Shown piece by piece: positions 12,996 to 26,572 of a DNA stretch of 64,000 nucleotides (positions are counted from its first letter, which is position 1; each line of letters starts with the position of its first letter). Under the pieces are notes generated by a model, which was not told the origin of the DNA, searched no databases, and saw nothing but the letters and a program-made list of their open reading frames with translations. The position numbers and the translations under genes were made by a program. Source of the DNA: Octopus bimaculoides. Taxonomy: Eukaryota. Location of the stretch: the NCBI RefSeq assembly GCF_001194135.2, contig NC_068984.1:17923765-17987764 (forward strand), given 5' to 3'.

Positions 12996-15679
12996 TTCCC
13001 TTGCACCTGCATGTGCACATGCACACTCATACACACCTGGGATTGAACCTAAAACCATATGGGCAATACATGTATCCATGATATTACAATCTAATCACTT
13101 GATAAACCTATGTAATATCTATATTACAGTTAGTCATTGGTGTAATATTTTAAACAGTTTCTGTAAAGCAAAGCATCATATTAACCACTGTTAATTCTCT
13201 TAGATTGTGTGTGTGTGTGTGTGTATAGTCTCATTATATAGCTTAGCATGAAAAAGCATTATGATTAAGTTATGGTTTTCTGCTGAGTATATGATGTGAA
13301 TGGTTAAAGATTTTGTTCAATTGCATGTTATCTTTTGATCTTGCAGCTTTCCCATTTAATGGACAATCAGTTTTTGGCATGAACTTCATTTGTCAATATT
13401 CTTGTTTGAAATTCCTGTTTTTGCTTGAAAAGCTAACATAAATTCTTTGGTTAATTTAATTTTAGCAGTCAGCTTGTTGGCTCCCAAAATATAAGGACAT
13501 ATGTAATTATAGCAGAAGATCTCGATATAGGAAGGAAAGAGCTCTGCTATGAAGAACCATTGGTAATGGAGAGTTGCTGATTGTCTTATTAACTATCACA
13601 GAAATTTCAAATTATATTTGATATCCACTTGAGAAATGTTATCTACAGAAACAATTTCTTTATCTTAAACTTTTCCAAAGTAGATTTAGAATTATGCTTA
13701 GAAATATAGTGTTTGGTTGAAGTATTCCTTGGAGGTTGTTGATAATATTGCAACTGAATTTTGGAATTATATTTTCTTCCTGTTTCCTTTTTACCATCAT
13801 AAATTTTCCTAGCAGAAAAAAAAATAAAGTGGTTTGTTAACCATGTGATTAGTATTTGCAACTTGTTGAGTTCCAAACCGTTTCATGTAGATGTGATGTG
13901 GTTGATAGGGAATTCCTGAAATATGCAATTTTGGGTGTTATAGAAATTAAAATTTTTGTGAAGATATTTTTGTTGTTTAACCCTAGGTAAGCCTTGACTG
14001 AGCATTTATTTGATCAAAGGCATTCCTGTCATCTTTCAATGCATTTAGAACTACATTATCCACTGTATGTATTCACTTTTTTTCTATATAAGAAGTTAGG
14101 GTGTTATTTGAAGGCAATTTCATTGCTATTTCTCGCTGGTTGTCTGACTACAGAGTATGGACTCTCAAACATAAGTAAAGAAATTTATATTGTAAGGTGT
14201 AAATATATCGGTGATTATGCATAAATTGTGTAATGTATATAGATAGCATGACAATTGAGGTGTTTGCTACATATATTAAATATAAAATACACGGGTTGAA
14301 ATTGGACTGCAGCTTTGATGGTGGTAGGTATCCATTGTTTGACAGTGAGTATTCAGTTATTTAGTCAACTGAGTTACCTGCTCCTGAATTAAAATGTAAG
14401 AGACTTCACAGACATGGGTACTATTAACATGTAATCCTCGGGCAGAATCATGACACTGTGTGTACGACAAGGCCATAATACTAATATTTATCTGATCGGC
14501 TTCTACATAGTTTCTTTCTAATTCAACTTACAAAGTACCTGTTGACCCAAGGCTGTATTAAGTGGCATTTGTCCAATATGCTATGCGGTGGGATTGAATC
14601 CAGAATCTTTTGGTTTGTAAAACAAACTTATTACCACATGTTCAAACTTCACTTGTATAACCAAAAGAAAAAAAAAAAGTTGGTGGATAACATATCACTT
14701 TCTATTTACTAAATGTTTTGGGGCATTATAGACCTTACATATTAGTATATACCCTGGTCTGGTTTTGTACCAGAGCGAAGGGGGTAAATTGTAAAATATA
14801 TCAAGCTGGAGGGGTGATTAACAGGAAGAATTGAGAATTGCTGACATAAAGACTCTTGCATTGGCTTGTATTTTCAATTTGGTTATCCGATGGTGCAAAT
14901 ATAGGAAACTGTTTAATATTCCAATATAACAATGCTACCATAGTCAAGCTCCCATGAATTGAACCTGCAACTCAGGATGTATATATTTTACTTGGAAAAC
15001 TCATGAATGTCAGAAACCTGCTGGGTTCCCCCACCTCTCTATCTGATGTCTATAAAGCTGATCACCTGTTGACAGCTATCACTAATCGATCAATTGTGGA
15101 ATATCCAATAATTGACTACTTATTACATTGGTGAGGAGGATGAATAATTAATTGCATAAGCAGCAGGTTATTAACTTGAAATTTTCTATTTCTGCTAATA
15201 GCATAACTGAGGGGAAAGCATCCCAAGGGAGTGTTTTGGATGCTAAATACATATCTAGTAGGGCCTCATATATGTAATATAATGAGGTGAAAAACTTAGA
15301 TTAACCAATATTAGCTGTTGTTGATATATCAACTACCGTTGATGTAACTAATCAGTGTCACTACATTATTTTGGTGTGCAGTGGGATACCCGTATATGAC
15401 TGGTTCTCTAAATGAACAAATTAAATAATGGTTTTTCTGAAGAAAATGAAACTCATAAAAAGCTGAAAATTGATCAATGAACCATGAATGGATTATGCAT
15501 GCATATCAGTGATTGGCAGTGCACAAACGGTTCATTAATGTCTATGCACATACTTCATGTAGCCTGCAAATTTTCATATTTTATATAGAAAATAATACTA
15601 ATATTTCTCCAAGTATTTTTTATTTATCTTACAAAAAGCATAAGCATGGATCAATAGAAGCTAGACAGGGGAAAGCACT

Positions 15680-15680
15680 T

Positions 15681-15723
<43 letters not shown>

Positions 15724-15724
15724 C
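15680..15724. repeat. (GCAC)n microsatellite
   Basis: Direct observation. Confidence 0.95.
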
Positions 15725-18574
15725 AACATCCACTTTCCATGCTGGCATAGATTGGATGGTTTGGCAAGATCCAGCAAGCCACAAGGTAGCGTCAGACTCT
15801 GAAGTCAGCTTTGATATGGTTTCTACAGCCAGATATCGTTCCTAACACCAACCACTTCACAAAGCATAGTGAGTGCTTTTTAAATGACACCAGCAGTGGT
15901 AAACTTGCAAGATAGAAGAACAGGGAGTAGAGGAAAGGTAAACTCTCCCAATGGACAAATATATCCTTTCATACTTTTTTTATGTGGATATTGGGTGTGT
16001 TTTAGAATGGATTACTCCTATTTACATAAATTTTTTACTTTTGTAATGAACAGAACTCTGGAACTAATTGTTTGTGGATAAACTCCTCTGTATACGGACT
16101 ACTAATTAAGTTTTACCAAATGAGTAGAACGTATTTCACCAAGGGTATCTAGAAACCTGCCATCATTTAAGGCAAGATCCACTCTTATTTTCATTGTCTC
16201 TGTTTCCAGAAATTTAAATTAGTTGATGTTAGTGGGGTTATCCTCCTTGTATTCAGATTCTTATAACATTCATAGTAATTTTTGTCTACTAACTGCTTGA
16301 ATAATCTCATTTAATTGAAGTTCATCACCTTATTAATTTCTATAAGTGAAACTTTATCATATGTATAGTCCTACTAATATTATTAGTTTTTGTCCCTCTT
16401 ATTCCCTATGGAGCATGGGTAACTCTGTTAATATTACTTATCAATATTTTCATTGTTCAATCTTCAGATATTTTATTTCTAAATATTTACATTCAAACTC
16501 AATTTCAATATTACTAATGAAGAGTTTGTGAAAACCGCCAATCTTACCTACCCATTCATAGCAAGACTGGTTTTCAGAAATGTAATATGAATCCTGTTAT
16601 CTGAAAAACAAAATAAATATTGTATATTTGTGTCTGTGTGTGCATTGTTTTATTTATTTGTTAGAGGTAGAGAAAGGGATTATCTTGATTTATGTGTAGG
16701 TCAGAGGGGATTAAAATCCAGTTTCATTGCCAACTATATATCATTTACCTGTGAGAAAAGCAGCAGCTGGTTTTCCTGCTGAAGGTGATTCAGGAATTCT
16801 CCATTATGGGGTTGTGGTTTTTGGCATCGTTTTGAGTGTGTTAAGTAGCAATGTTTGATAATCCCACTTAAAATTTTATCTAGATCTGATAGTAACCCTA
16901 ATTGGTGACCTTTACATTTTTTAGGCAACATGTTAGATGCTGGCCTTTTCAAGGTCATAATTTTAATTGTACGCACACATACCTACTATTCAAAAATGGA
17001 AAGAAGTGTGTGTGTGTGATATAAAAAATAAAAGCTGGTATTTTTCTTGTATAGTAAAGCTTTAAAGAAAGTGAATGTATAAAAGAAGCAATGCTTTTTA
17101 ACTATTAGAAGTTCTTTGTCCTCTGTGTGTGTGTGTGTGTTTCAAAAATGTCATTCAAAATTAACAATTGTGTTCTCTAACTTTAGAAAAAATTTTGCTT
17201 CATTGATTTTACTTTGATCGATTTTTTCCCTCCCTTCCTTTACAAGTTGTGTCAGTTCACTTGGTGGAAAGTTAATTTTGTTGTTTCAACAATGCTTTGT
17301 TGTTTCAGCACCTGTCTTTTGTGGTTTTTGTTTTTGCTTACATAATCATGTCTCTTTAGTGTCACTGAAATTTGAATAGAACCACAATCTATGTTGTATG
17401 CAATGATTTAAAATAAATTATTTGTTATTTGGCTTATGCATGTCCTTTTCAGTTTTGTTTCAGACATGACGCTGAAGGCAAGGCTAAAGAAATGTCTTCA
17501 GATTAAAATGTTGTGTGTTTGTTGTTCTCTTTGTTGGTCTGGAAATCCAAGTTTTTATTTTTGTCTACTTTGTATCTCAGCGAATTGTTGTAGATTATTC
17601 AGCTTTGACTGTAACTTCCTGCAGATGGCTGCTCTGGGATGCCAGAGAGAAATGCTTTTAAAAATCTCCGGGTTAACTTTGGCCAAGTTTCACAATCCTT
17701 TTGAAAAGCTGTTGTGTAACTATATGCTTTTGGAGGTCAAGCTGTTATGTAGGTTCTTACTGCATGAGTTTGAGAAAAGGATCTTTGAGAGTTGAGTGTA
17801 CCACCCATTCAGTCTCATCATCATCATCATCATAATTATCATTGCTGTCACCAACACTACCACCGTTTACCACTGCCACCTCCACTAACACCATCACCAT
17901 TCACTTTTCCATGCCTGCATGTTAAATTTCATTGAGACAGATTTTCTGTGCCTGGGTGCTCTTCCTGCTGCCAATGCATAAATATACATAATTTGTGTGT
18001 GTGCACACACATGCAACAGATTTCTTTCAATTTCCATCCATCATATTCATTTACAAAGCTTTGGTCAGCATGTGTAGTTTTGATTTTGAATGGTTCAATT
18101 ATAAATAGACTTACTAGCAAGCCTAGGAAACTATTTGCAGTCCTGAAAGTATTTTTAATTTTCCTTTCATATCACTACAGTTATGAAATATACTGTGTTC
18201 CTTATGTTGTTAAATATTAATAGTGAATCTGATAATAGAATCTTTTGAGACACACAGAACTAAATGTAGTGTAATTTGGAGCAAGCTAGCTTGATAGAAT
18301 TGATACCTCTTCAAGCTAAACTTGAAACACTCATTCATTATCCTGTGAATTCTCCCTGCCACTACACCTTTTTATAGTTTGTTGATTGGACTATTGTTAC
18401 TATAGTACCTTCACTATAGACACAGTGCAGAATTGATTATGCTTGAGGGGAAAACTCCTTTGTCTGACTGTCATTCTCTTTATTAAACTATAGGTTTTAA
18501 AGATATTGGGAATACTTTTCAGTCTGTAGAAATGACCAGATTTTAATTTTTTTTTTTTTAATAAATATATGAGC

Positions 18575-18870
18575 GTGGTCAACACCAGTGCTGTCTGACT
18601 GGCTCCCATGCCAGTGGCATGTAAAAAGCACCATTTGAGTGTGGTTGATGCCAGTGCTGCCTGACTGGCCCTATGCCAGTGGGACAAAAAAATTTTTAAA
18701 TGCCCACTTTGCACATAAAATTATCCTCTTGGAGTGGTTGGTGTTAGGAGGGGCATCCAGCTGTAGAAACCTTGCCAGATCAGATTGGAGCCTGGTACAG
18801 CCTCCTGGCCTGCCAGTCCTCAGTCAAACTGTCTAACCCATTCCAGCATGGAAAGTGGGTGTTAAATGAT
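18575..18870 (+). mobile_element. SINE or RTE-like element family C
   Basis: 'tgtaaaaagcacc...gtggttggtgttaggaggggcatccagctgtagaaac...aacccattccagcatggaaagtgggtgttaaatga'. Confidence 0.8.
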
Positions 18871-19361
18871 TTTATATATATATATATATATTTAGATATA
18901 TTTATTTATTTTTTAAATTTTTATTATAGTACTTAGCACTGCAAATTTTCTTTGGGTTGATTATTTTAACCTTTCACCTAACCAGTCTCAAAATATTTAA
19001 TAAAATTCTGTAAAGATATCTATATTGCTTCAGCTGACTGTATTTCCTTGCCGCCTTAGAAATTTTCGCTTTGTTCGTAGACAAGAGAAATAATTTGTTT
19101 CGGTCAATTAAACCTGATTGAAAGAAGGCAGTAGTTTCACATCATGGTTAAGATATTAGTAATAAGAATGTATTGATGAGTTTCGCATACCATTACCTTA
19201 TATATGAAATGACTGGCTCACCATACGGGAAACAAATTGCGGTGAAAGATTTTTCAGTCTAATGCTTAAGTACTATAAATTGACAACATTTTCATTGAAC
19301 CACTTTTGGCAAATAGTTAGATCATAAATAAAATAGTGTCAGATTCAGTCTTTATCCTAGT

Positions 19362-19584
19362 TTAACTCTTAGCATTCAGATTACTTTGTCAAATGTAATG
19401 CTTATTTATTCACATTGTTTCCAATTAATCATTCATTATCTCATAGCCTCAAGAGTTCTATAATGTGATTGGTTATTTTTAGACTGACATTGTTGGGTAA
19501 GTATGAGAGGCCAGATTCGGTTTGTTTGAAAATAAAACGGAATATTTTGGTCAGACACAACTGGTTTAAATGTTAAAGGGTTAG
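19362..19584. mobile_element. piggyBac-like MITE (family E), copy 4
   Basis: ttaaCTCTTAGCATT...AATGTTAAAGGGttag. Confidence 0.75.
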
Positions 19585-20169
19585 GAATATCACTTGCAGC
19601 CTGTTGGAGATTTACATCAGTCAAAACATTAGTAACACATCCATGGTGATGAATTAGCATGAAATTTCGACATCACACAAGACTAGTAGTATATCTTCGT
19701 GGTTTCTCAGCATCATAAATTTTACACGATCAGCCTTGTATTTTCTTCTAAGCTCAATGAGTCTCTCTATAGTCATCTTAAAACCAGCTAAGATCAAGAC
19801 TTCATTTTAACCACTCTCCTCTCTCTAAAATTAAATAATAAAATGATTCATGCTAGTAGTCAATTACTTACATGGTCAGTCTTTTATTCTTTCTGACATT
19901 TAATCTCTTGGCTGTATACATTTCATCTTAGTGTAGCCTACATTGTGCCGAAACTATTGAATAAACTTGTAAGGTTTGGTTTTCAGCTTTGTTTGCTGTA
20001 ATACACTTGTGAGATCTCAATTGTTGCTGGTACTATTTTGCAGAGATCTTGTCTAGCTGTATGAATGATTTAAGCTGATATTTACATAGCTTTCAAATAT
20101 ATAAACCATTTGGAGAAATGATGTATGATTTAGGAGAAGTGAGCTTGTGGGTTATGTATATGTAAGTAC

Positions 20170-20850
20170 ACAAATGACTGTGTCGTTAAGAAGTTTGCTT
20201 CTCAGCTATGTGGGTTCAATTTCAATCCTACCGTGTGGTACTTTGGGCTAGTATTTTTTATTATAGCCTCAGGCTGACCAAAGTGAGTGGATTTGGTAAA
20301 TGGAAACTGAAAGAGGCCGTCTGTGTGTGTTTGTCTTTGTGTGTCTCTGTCTCTTTCGTTGTGATAGGTTGTAAATGAGTGATACCATCATACAAGCAGT
20401 GCCCTTCATTTCCAACCTACAGTAAGAATATGTTCAGCCACAAAGAAATATTACCTTGCTTGAAAACAGATGAGGGTTGGTGACAGGAAAGGCATTGGGT
20501 TGTCGAAAATCTGTCTCAAATTCCATCTGACTTATGCAAGCTTAGAAAAGTGGATGTTAAAACTGATGCACGCACACACGCGGCGAGCTGGCAGAAACGT
20601 TAGCTTTGTGAGTGGATTTGGTTGACACAAACTGAAAGAAATCAGTGTGTGTGTCTGAGGATGTTGGTGTGTTTACATCCTTGCAACTTAACAGTTCTGC
20701 AAAAGAGATTGATAGAATAAGTACCAAGCTTAAATAAACAAAAAAAAAAATTAAAATGCACTAGGATCGATTCATTCAATTCAAATTCTCCAAGGCAGTG
20801 CCCCAACATGGCTACAGTCTGATGACTGATATGAATAAAATAAAAGGCAT
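20170..20850 (+). mobile_element. SINE cluster: B2 copy, family A head fragment, B1 body
   Basis: CORE-like 'gtggtactttgggc', 'gagtggatttggta..ggaaactgaaaga', tail 'tggatgttaaaactgatg'; then 'ggcgagctggcagaaacgttagc' and a B1 3' part. Confidence 0.7.
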
Positions 20851-20902
20851 GTATTGGAAGAATCAAAAATTAACCCTCCAGCCCTTCTGAAAGAGGTTTT
20901 TT

Positions 20903-21121
20903 AATATTCTTTTCTACTCTAGGCACAAGGCCTGAAATTTTGGGGGAAGGGGCCAGTCGATTAAATCGACCTCAGTACACAACTGGTACTAAATTTATTG
21001 ACCCCCAAAGGATGAAAGGCAAAGTCGACCTCAGCAGAATTTGAACTCAGAATGTAAAGACAGACGAAATGTCACTAAGCATTTTGCCTCGCGTGCTAAC
21101 GTCTCTGCCAGCTCGCCGCCA
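20903..21121 (-). mobile_element. SINE family A, near full length
   Basis: Matches family A; flanked by aggttttttaatatt / aggtttttaatatt (probable TSD overlapping the tail). Confidence 0.9.
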
Positions 21122-23010
21122 AGGTTTTTAATATTACTGACATATCTGCCTTGTAGATCCCAAGTTAATGATTTAAAAGTTTAGTGTTGGAAAGATTACA
21201 AATGATTTATCTTTAGCCTACAATGTTTTTACTGTCAAAGCAAAACGCCCATTATTTCAGCTTTCTCTTTGAAAACAGTATTTTAGTTTCAAGAACTGTT
21301 TACTTTGGGAAGACTCTGTACTTGTCTCATACAGCCTTCTAGTGTTTTCATTTGGTCTGCCAAATAATGGATTCTAAATTCTAAGGATTAGTGTTGACCC
21401 AGAAATTAGATAAGGATAGGTTGATATGGTGTATCTTCTGTTCTGCTGTTTGTGTAAGCCTGGTGACATTTGCCCTGATACAAGTTTATTTTGTATTTTA
21501 ATTGAAACTAGTCATTCATTTAATCAATCTAAAGTAAACTTTTAGGACCAACTACTGTCTGCATTGAAAGAGAACTCAGGTTTTGCCTTCATAATGTTTA
21601 AAATTCTGTTTTGGTGATAATCTTTTATACCATCATTCAGCATCCCTCTTCCATGCTGGTATGGGTTAGGTGATTTGATAGGATCCAGTAAGCTGCAGGA
21701 TTGTGCCAGCTTCTGTGTCAGCTTTGGCATGGTTTCTATGGCTGGATGCCCTTCATAATGTCAACCATTTTACAGTATGTATCATCATTTAACATCTTGT
21801 CCATGCTGGCATGGGTTGGACAGTTTGACCAGAGCTGGCTGCACCAGACTCCAGCCTGATTTGCCATGGTCCCTATGGCTAGATATTCTTCCTGACATAA
21901 ACAACTTTATAGAATGTGCTGTATGCTTTTATGCGGTGCTGCATGGGCACTTACATGTCGCACCACCGCTAATGCTTTACATCACCAGAGGAACTGGTCT
22001 TAACACTTCTGCTGCATAGTATGAGTCTTGAATGCAGCAAGGTGCCAGGCATCTTGGTCCTTTGTCATCTCGCCTAGAAGGTTTAGTGTCATGAGGTACA
22101 TTTAAAAAAAATTCTTTTTGTGCCACTGGCATTAAGGAAGTTATAAAGTAACTTACAAGAGAAGGAAAAAGGCCCCTTGACTGAATGGGAGTGTATTTGT
22201 GAGTGGGGAAGGTGGTTTTATGCCAGGTGTTAAGAAGCTAAAGTATGATAGGATAAGCACAGATGTCTTGCTGTAGAGGTAATACATGGCTCTTAAACTG
22301 TATATAGTTGTGAGTTGGAATAGCTGGAAAGAAGGTAGAGATGTAAGTGATAAAATGCCAGAGGATCTCAAGATACTAGGTGAGTATAAGAGAGAGCATG
22401 GACAGTGGATCAGAGGTGGGAGAGAAGGTAGCATCATGTCTAATATTTGGGAGAGCATGATTTCATACTGAACTGACATATTATCTACCTACTAAATTTT
22501 TCTTTTATTAATTGCACTAAATCATTGTTGTTACTCAAAAGAAGCAACAAGTGACTCAAAATTATATCTGCAAATGTTAACTTCTGAAATAAGTTATTAG
22601 TCATCAGTCAAACAACTTTTTGCCATGAAAAAAAAATATATATATATATAAATATTGTTTACCTGGGCAAAAGAATAACAAAATTTTAAAATGGCTTATT
22701 ATTAAATTACTTTTCTTCAAATGTTTTTGTCATATGATGCAAAATATTTATCTAAATGTCTCTCTGTTGATGGTATCATTCTGAAAATTGATTTCATATT
22801 GGATTACGTATTTTATAGGTTTCTATGTAGCTGTAAGAAATATTATCATTACTGCTATTCATAATTCACTTTGGGAATGTTATTCCAACTTAATTCTATC
22901 CCACATCGCTATTAAACATTTTATCATTGCTTATAATGTACCTTTTTGTAGATGTTCTTTCAGTATGAATGGTTTGTCTCCTGTTAGGAAAAATCAGCTA
23001 ATTGAGGAAA

Positions 23011-23385
23011 TAGGCACAAGCCTGGCTGTGTAGTTTAAAGTTGCTTTGCAATCACATTCTTGGTTTGGTCCTATGTGGCACTTTGCATATGTTTTCTATT
23101 ATGACCTTATGTTGATCCATACATCATGAAAGAAATTGTGTGTGTATGTGTAAAAAAAAAAACAATGGTTGTGGTTGTGTATACCCTTGTTTTGACATCA
23201 TGTGTTGATTGTAAACAAGCATCACCTTCATACAAGCAGTGTTGTTCATTTCTTGTCTTCCATTGTGAAATAGTACCTTATTGGGATGCACGTAAGGGTT
23301 GTTTACAGGAAGGGCATCTGGCCATAGAGAACCTGCCTCAGTAATTTGTCTGACCTATGCAAGCATAGAAAGGTAGACATTAAAG
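23011..23385 (+). mobile_element. SINE family B2
   Basis: Head 'taggcacaagcctggctgtgtag', tail 'caggaagggcatctggccatagaga...atgcaagcatagaaaggtagacattaaa'. Confidence 0.7.
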
Positions 23386-23393
23386 GAAATAAT

Positions 23394-23796
23394 CACGCAC
23401 GCACGCACGCACNNNNNNNNNNNNNNNNNNNNNNNNNNNNNNNNNNNNNNNNNNNNNNNNNNNNNNNNNNNNNNNNNNNNNNNNNNNNNNNNNNNNNNNN
23501 NNNNNNNNNNNNNNNNNNNNNNNNNNNNNNNNNNNNNNNNNNNNNNNNNNNNNNNNNNNNNNNNNNNNNNNNNNNNNNNNNNNNNNNNNNNNNNNNNNNN
23601 NNNNNNNNNNNNNNNNNNNNNNNNNNNNNNNNNNNNNNNNNNNNNNNNNNNNNNNNNNNNNNNNNNNNNNNNNNNNNNNNNNNNNNNNNNNNNNNNNNNN
23701 NNNNNNNNNNNNNNNNNNNNNNNNNNNNNNNNNNNNNNNNNNNNNNNNNNNNNNNNNNNNNNNNNNNNNNNNNNNNNNNNNNNNNNNNNNNNNNCA

Positions 23797-23847
<51 letters not shown>

Positions 23848-23918
23848 GCGCGCGCGCGTGCGCGTGCGTGCGTGCGTGTGTGTATGTGTGTGTGTGCGCG
23901 CGCGCGCGTGTGTGTGTT
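23394..23918. repeat. (GCAC)n-(GC)n-(GTGC)n-(GT)n compound microsatellite with an assembly gap
   Basis: Direct observation; N-run at 23413-23794. Confidence 0.95.
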
Positions 23919-24579
23919 TGTCTTTAAATTAGTCAGTGATGGTGTTAATCTCATAATATGGAACTTCAACAAAGAGACTGATAAAATAAGCACCAAACTG
24001 AAATAAGTACTGGGGTTGTTATAATTGACAGTTGCCCCTGTCTTATAAAACCAGTAAAATAATAGTGACCTGTTAACATTTTCCAGAATTTTGGGAACTA
24101 ATGTATCCTGCTGAAATCATAAAAATGCATCTGTAAATCAGTACAAAACTGTAAAAATTATAACATTACAAACCTATTTATGTAAAATAGTTACACATGT
24201 GGGACTCTAATCACTTTGGTTTTCAGTATAATTCTTTTTTAATGAAATTCAAATGCCTTATCATAAAAATTATAATAACATTGTTTGACTTGTTTAAATT
24301 TTTAGTTTTCTATATCTGTTATGACACCCGTGTACAGAATTGATAATTAATATTAATCATTCTTTTTGTTTATATTTTGTATCATAATTCTAGTTATATT
24401 GTGGCATCACTGGTGAATTTATTGTAATGTAATAGGGAGAACCATTTCGAATCCTTATTCTTCTGCTATGAAAGAATATGAATTCTGTAAAACCATATCA
24501 AAGTATTTACCACATTTAAAGTGCTTTTACTGTGTACAATTGCAATAGTTAACTTTTTACGGTACCTATCTGCACATGG

Positions 24580-24841
24580 TGGAGGCACATGGCTTAGTGT
24601 TTAGGCTGTCAACATCATGATCGTAAGATTGTGGTTTCGATTCCTGGACCAGGCGACTCGTTGTGTTCTTGAGCAAAACACTTCATTTCACGCTGCTCCA
24701 GTCCACTCAGCTGGCAAAAATGAGTAACACTGCGATGGACTGACATCCCGTCCAGCTGAGGAACACATATGCCATTGAAACCGGGAAACCAGGCCCATGA
24801 GCCAGGCTAGGCTTTAAAAGGGCACATTTATTTTTTATCAT
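24580..24841 (+). mobile_element. tRNA-headed SINE family G with 13-bp TSD
   Basis: Box A/B-like 'tggcttagtgtt' and 'gtttcgattcc'; conserved-domain-like 'tgtgttcttgagcaaaacacttc...ccagtccactcagctg'; TSD TATCTGCACATGG at 24567-24579 and 24842-24854. Confidence 0.9.
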
Positions 24842-25046
24842 TATCTGCACATGGCAAAATGACATGGTTATAATCATTAGCTTGTCAACAAAATACTTTT
24901 TACACTTTTGGGTTCAAATTTTGCCGAAATCAACTTAACTTTCATCTGTATGGCATTAATAAAATAAGTACCAGTTGAGCCCTGGGGTTGATGTGATCTA
25001 TTAATCCTCACCCCTAAAATTGCTAACCTTATGCCGAAATTAGAAT

Positions 25047-25357
25047 TATAATTATTACTACAGGTTTGGTGATGCAAACGGGGGGAAAATGGGACTCAAA
25101 ACGTGTGTGTAATATTTTGATACAAACTTGAGTGCTAACACATGAAACTCCCAGTTCTTGAGTTACTCTGTTGCTTTTGCTAAATATTTGTAAAAATATA
25201 TATAATTATTACAAGTTTGGTGATGCAAACGGAAAATGGAACTCAAAACGTGTGTGTAATATTTTATTTTGATACAAGCTTGAGTGCTAACGCATGAAAC
25301 TCTTGGCTCTGAGTTACTCTGTTGCTTCTGCTAAATATTAATAAAAATATAATTATT
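25047..25357. repeat. Tandem duplication of a ~154-bp unit
   Basis: Two similar copies starting 'tataattattac...gtttggtgatgcaaacgg' at 25047 and 25201. Confidence 0.9.
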
Positions 25358-26433
25358 TGATATCAGTCTTTTGTGGTACCTTTGTCACTGATACTTCTCA
25401 AAAAAACAATTACCATTGAATATAATAGGAATTAAGGTTTTAAAGAAACCCACCCAAACATTGGGAGATTAGTTTGTTACTAATTCTGTTATACTTTTGG
25501 AAGTAGACATTTCTAAAAGAGATTCCCTAAAGAAATAACTGCAATAAATATGGTTTGAAATGTATTTTTCTTTAAGATGTTCATTTGGTAAATCTATCAA
25601 AATACTAATTAGATGTGACAGCAATGAAATTATTGTAGATTAGTTGAGAATAGTTTTCTTAGTCAAAACTAAATTTAAAAAATTAAATTTTCTTAAAAGA
25701 TTGGCAAGAAGGTTTAGCATGTTCTTCATTTAGAAAGAAGGAGCACTCCGTCGGTTATAACGATGAGGATCCTAGCTGATACGATTAACGTGCAAGTGGT
25801 TGAACATACCACAGACAGATGTACTCCTAATTGGAAGAAAATATGCGTAGGAAAAGAATCGAAGAATATAATTATGGGGAGGAAGTATTAAGCACAGTGT
25901 TTTGTCTGTGGACTTGGAAGGTCACTCAGTTGAGAAGCCATCGAGTGGAAAGGTACTTACATTTGGTGGCTTGGCAAACTGTAATGTTCAGATAAGTCTC
26001 AACGGTAGCATTAAAAAAATGTTTAATTTGTGAGTTGTTATTGAAAATTTATCATCAGCTATTAATGTAAATGTTTAATGGTTGCTTACAAATAAATTTC
26101 TGGTTTTACTCAGCCAATTAAAATAATTTCAAAGACAAAAAGTAAAGGAAAGAAATTGATGGAATCGGTAAATAAAAAGTACAAATGTTCATATAGTTCA
26201 AAAGCTTTAAAATATTAGCAATAATAAAGACGGACACAAATGGGAATTTTAACTTGCTGTTTGTTTTAATATTCTGAAAATTTAATTTCAATGTTATCAA
26301 AATTTGAGTTTATAATAAACTAAAAACTTTTAGCTTCTAGAGTAATTTGATTTTATGATTTATCATAGCCATAGTTTTATAGTTGGCCTAAAATCAGTTC
26401 AATTACCTTTCTCATCTCTTCTGAAATAATATT

Positions 26434-26572
26434 AATTTATCGACCCTGAAAGGATGAAAGGCAAAGTCAACCTCAGAGGAAGTTAAGTACCAGTTGTGTA
26501 CTGGGGTCGATCTAATCGACTGGTTCCCTCCTCCAAAATTTCAGGCCTTGTGCCTAGAGTAGCAAAGAATAT
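26434..26572. mobile_element. 5'-truncated family A SINE with an inverted 5' segment
   Basis: 26434-26482 is the reverse complement of the consensus segment immediately upstream of 26483-26572, which is in sense orientation. Confidence 0.8.

Noticed and set aside
14960-15130. ~55-codon open frame (DVYILLGKLMNVRNLLGSPTS...) ending near TG|gtgagg
   Set aside because: No polypyrimidine tract at the acceptor and no recognisable homology
22153-22479. 108-aa minus ORF and 61-aa plus ORF in purine-biased sequence
   Set aside because: No motif or splice support; probably decayed retroelement or low-complexity DNA
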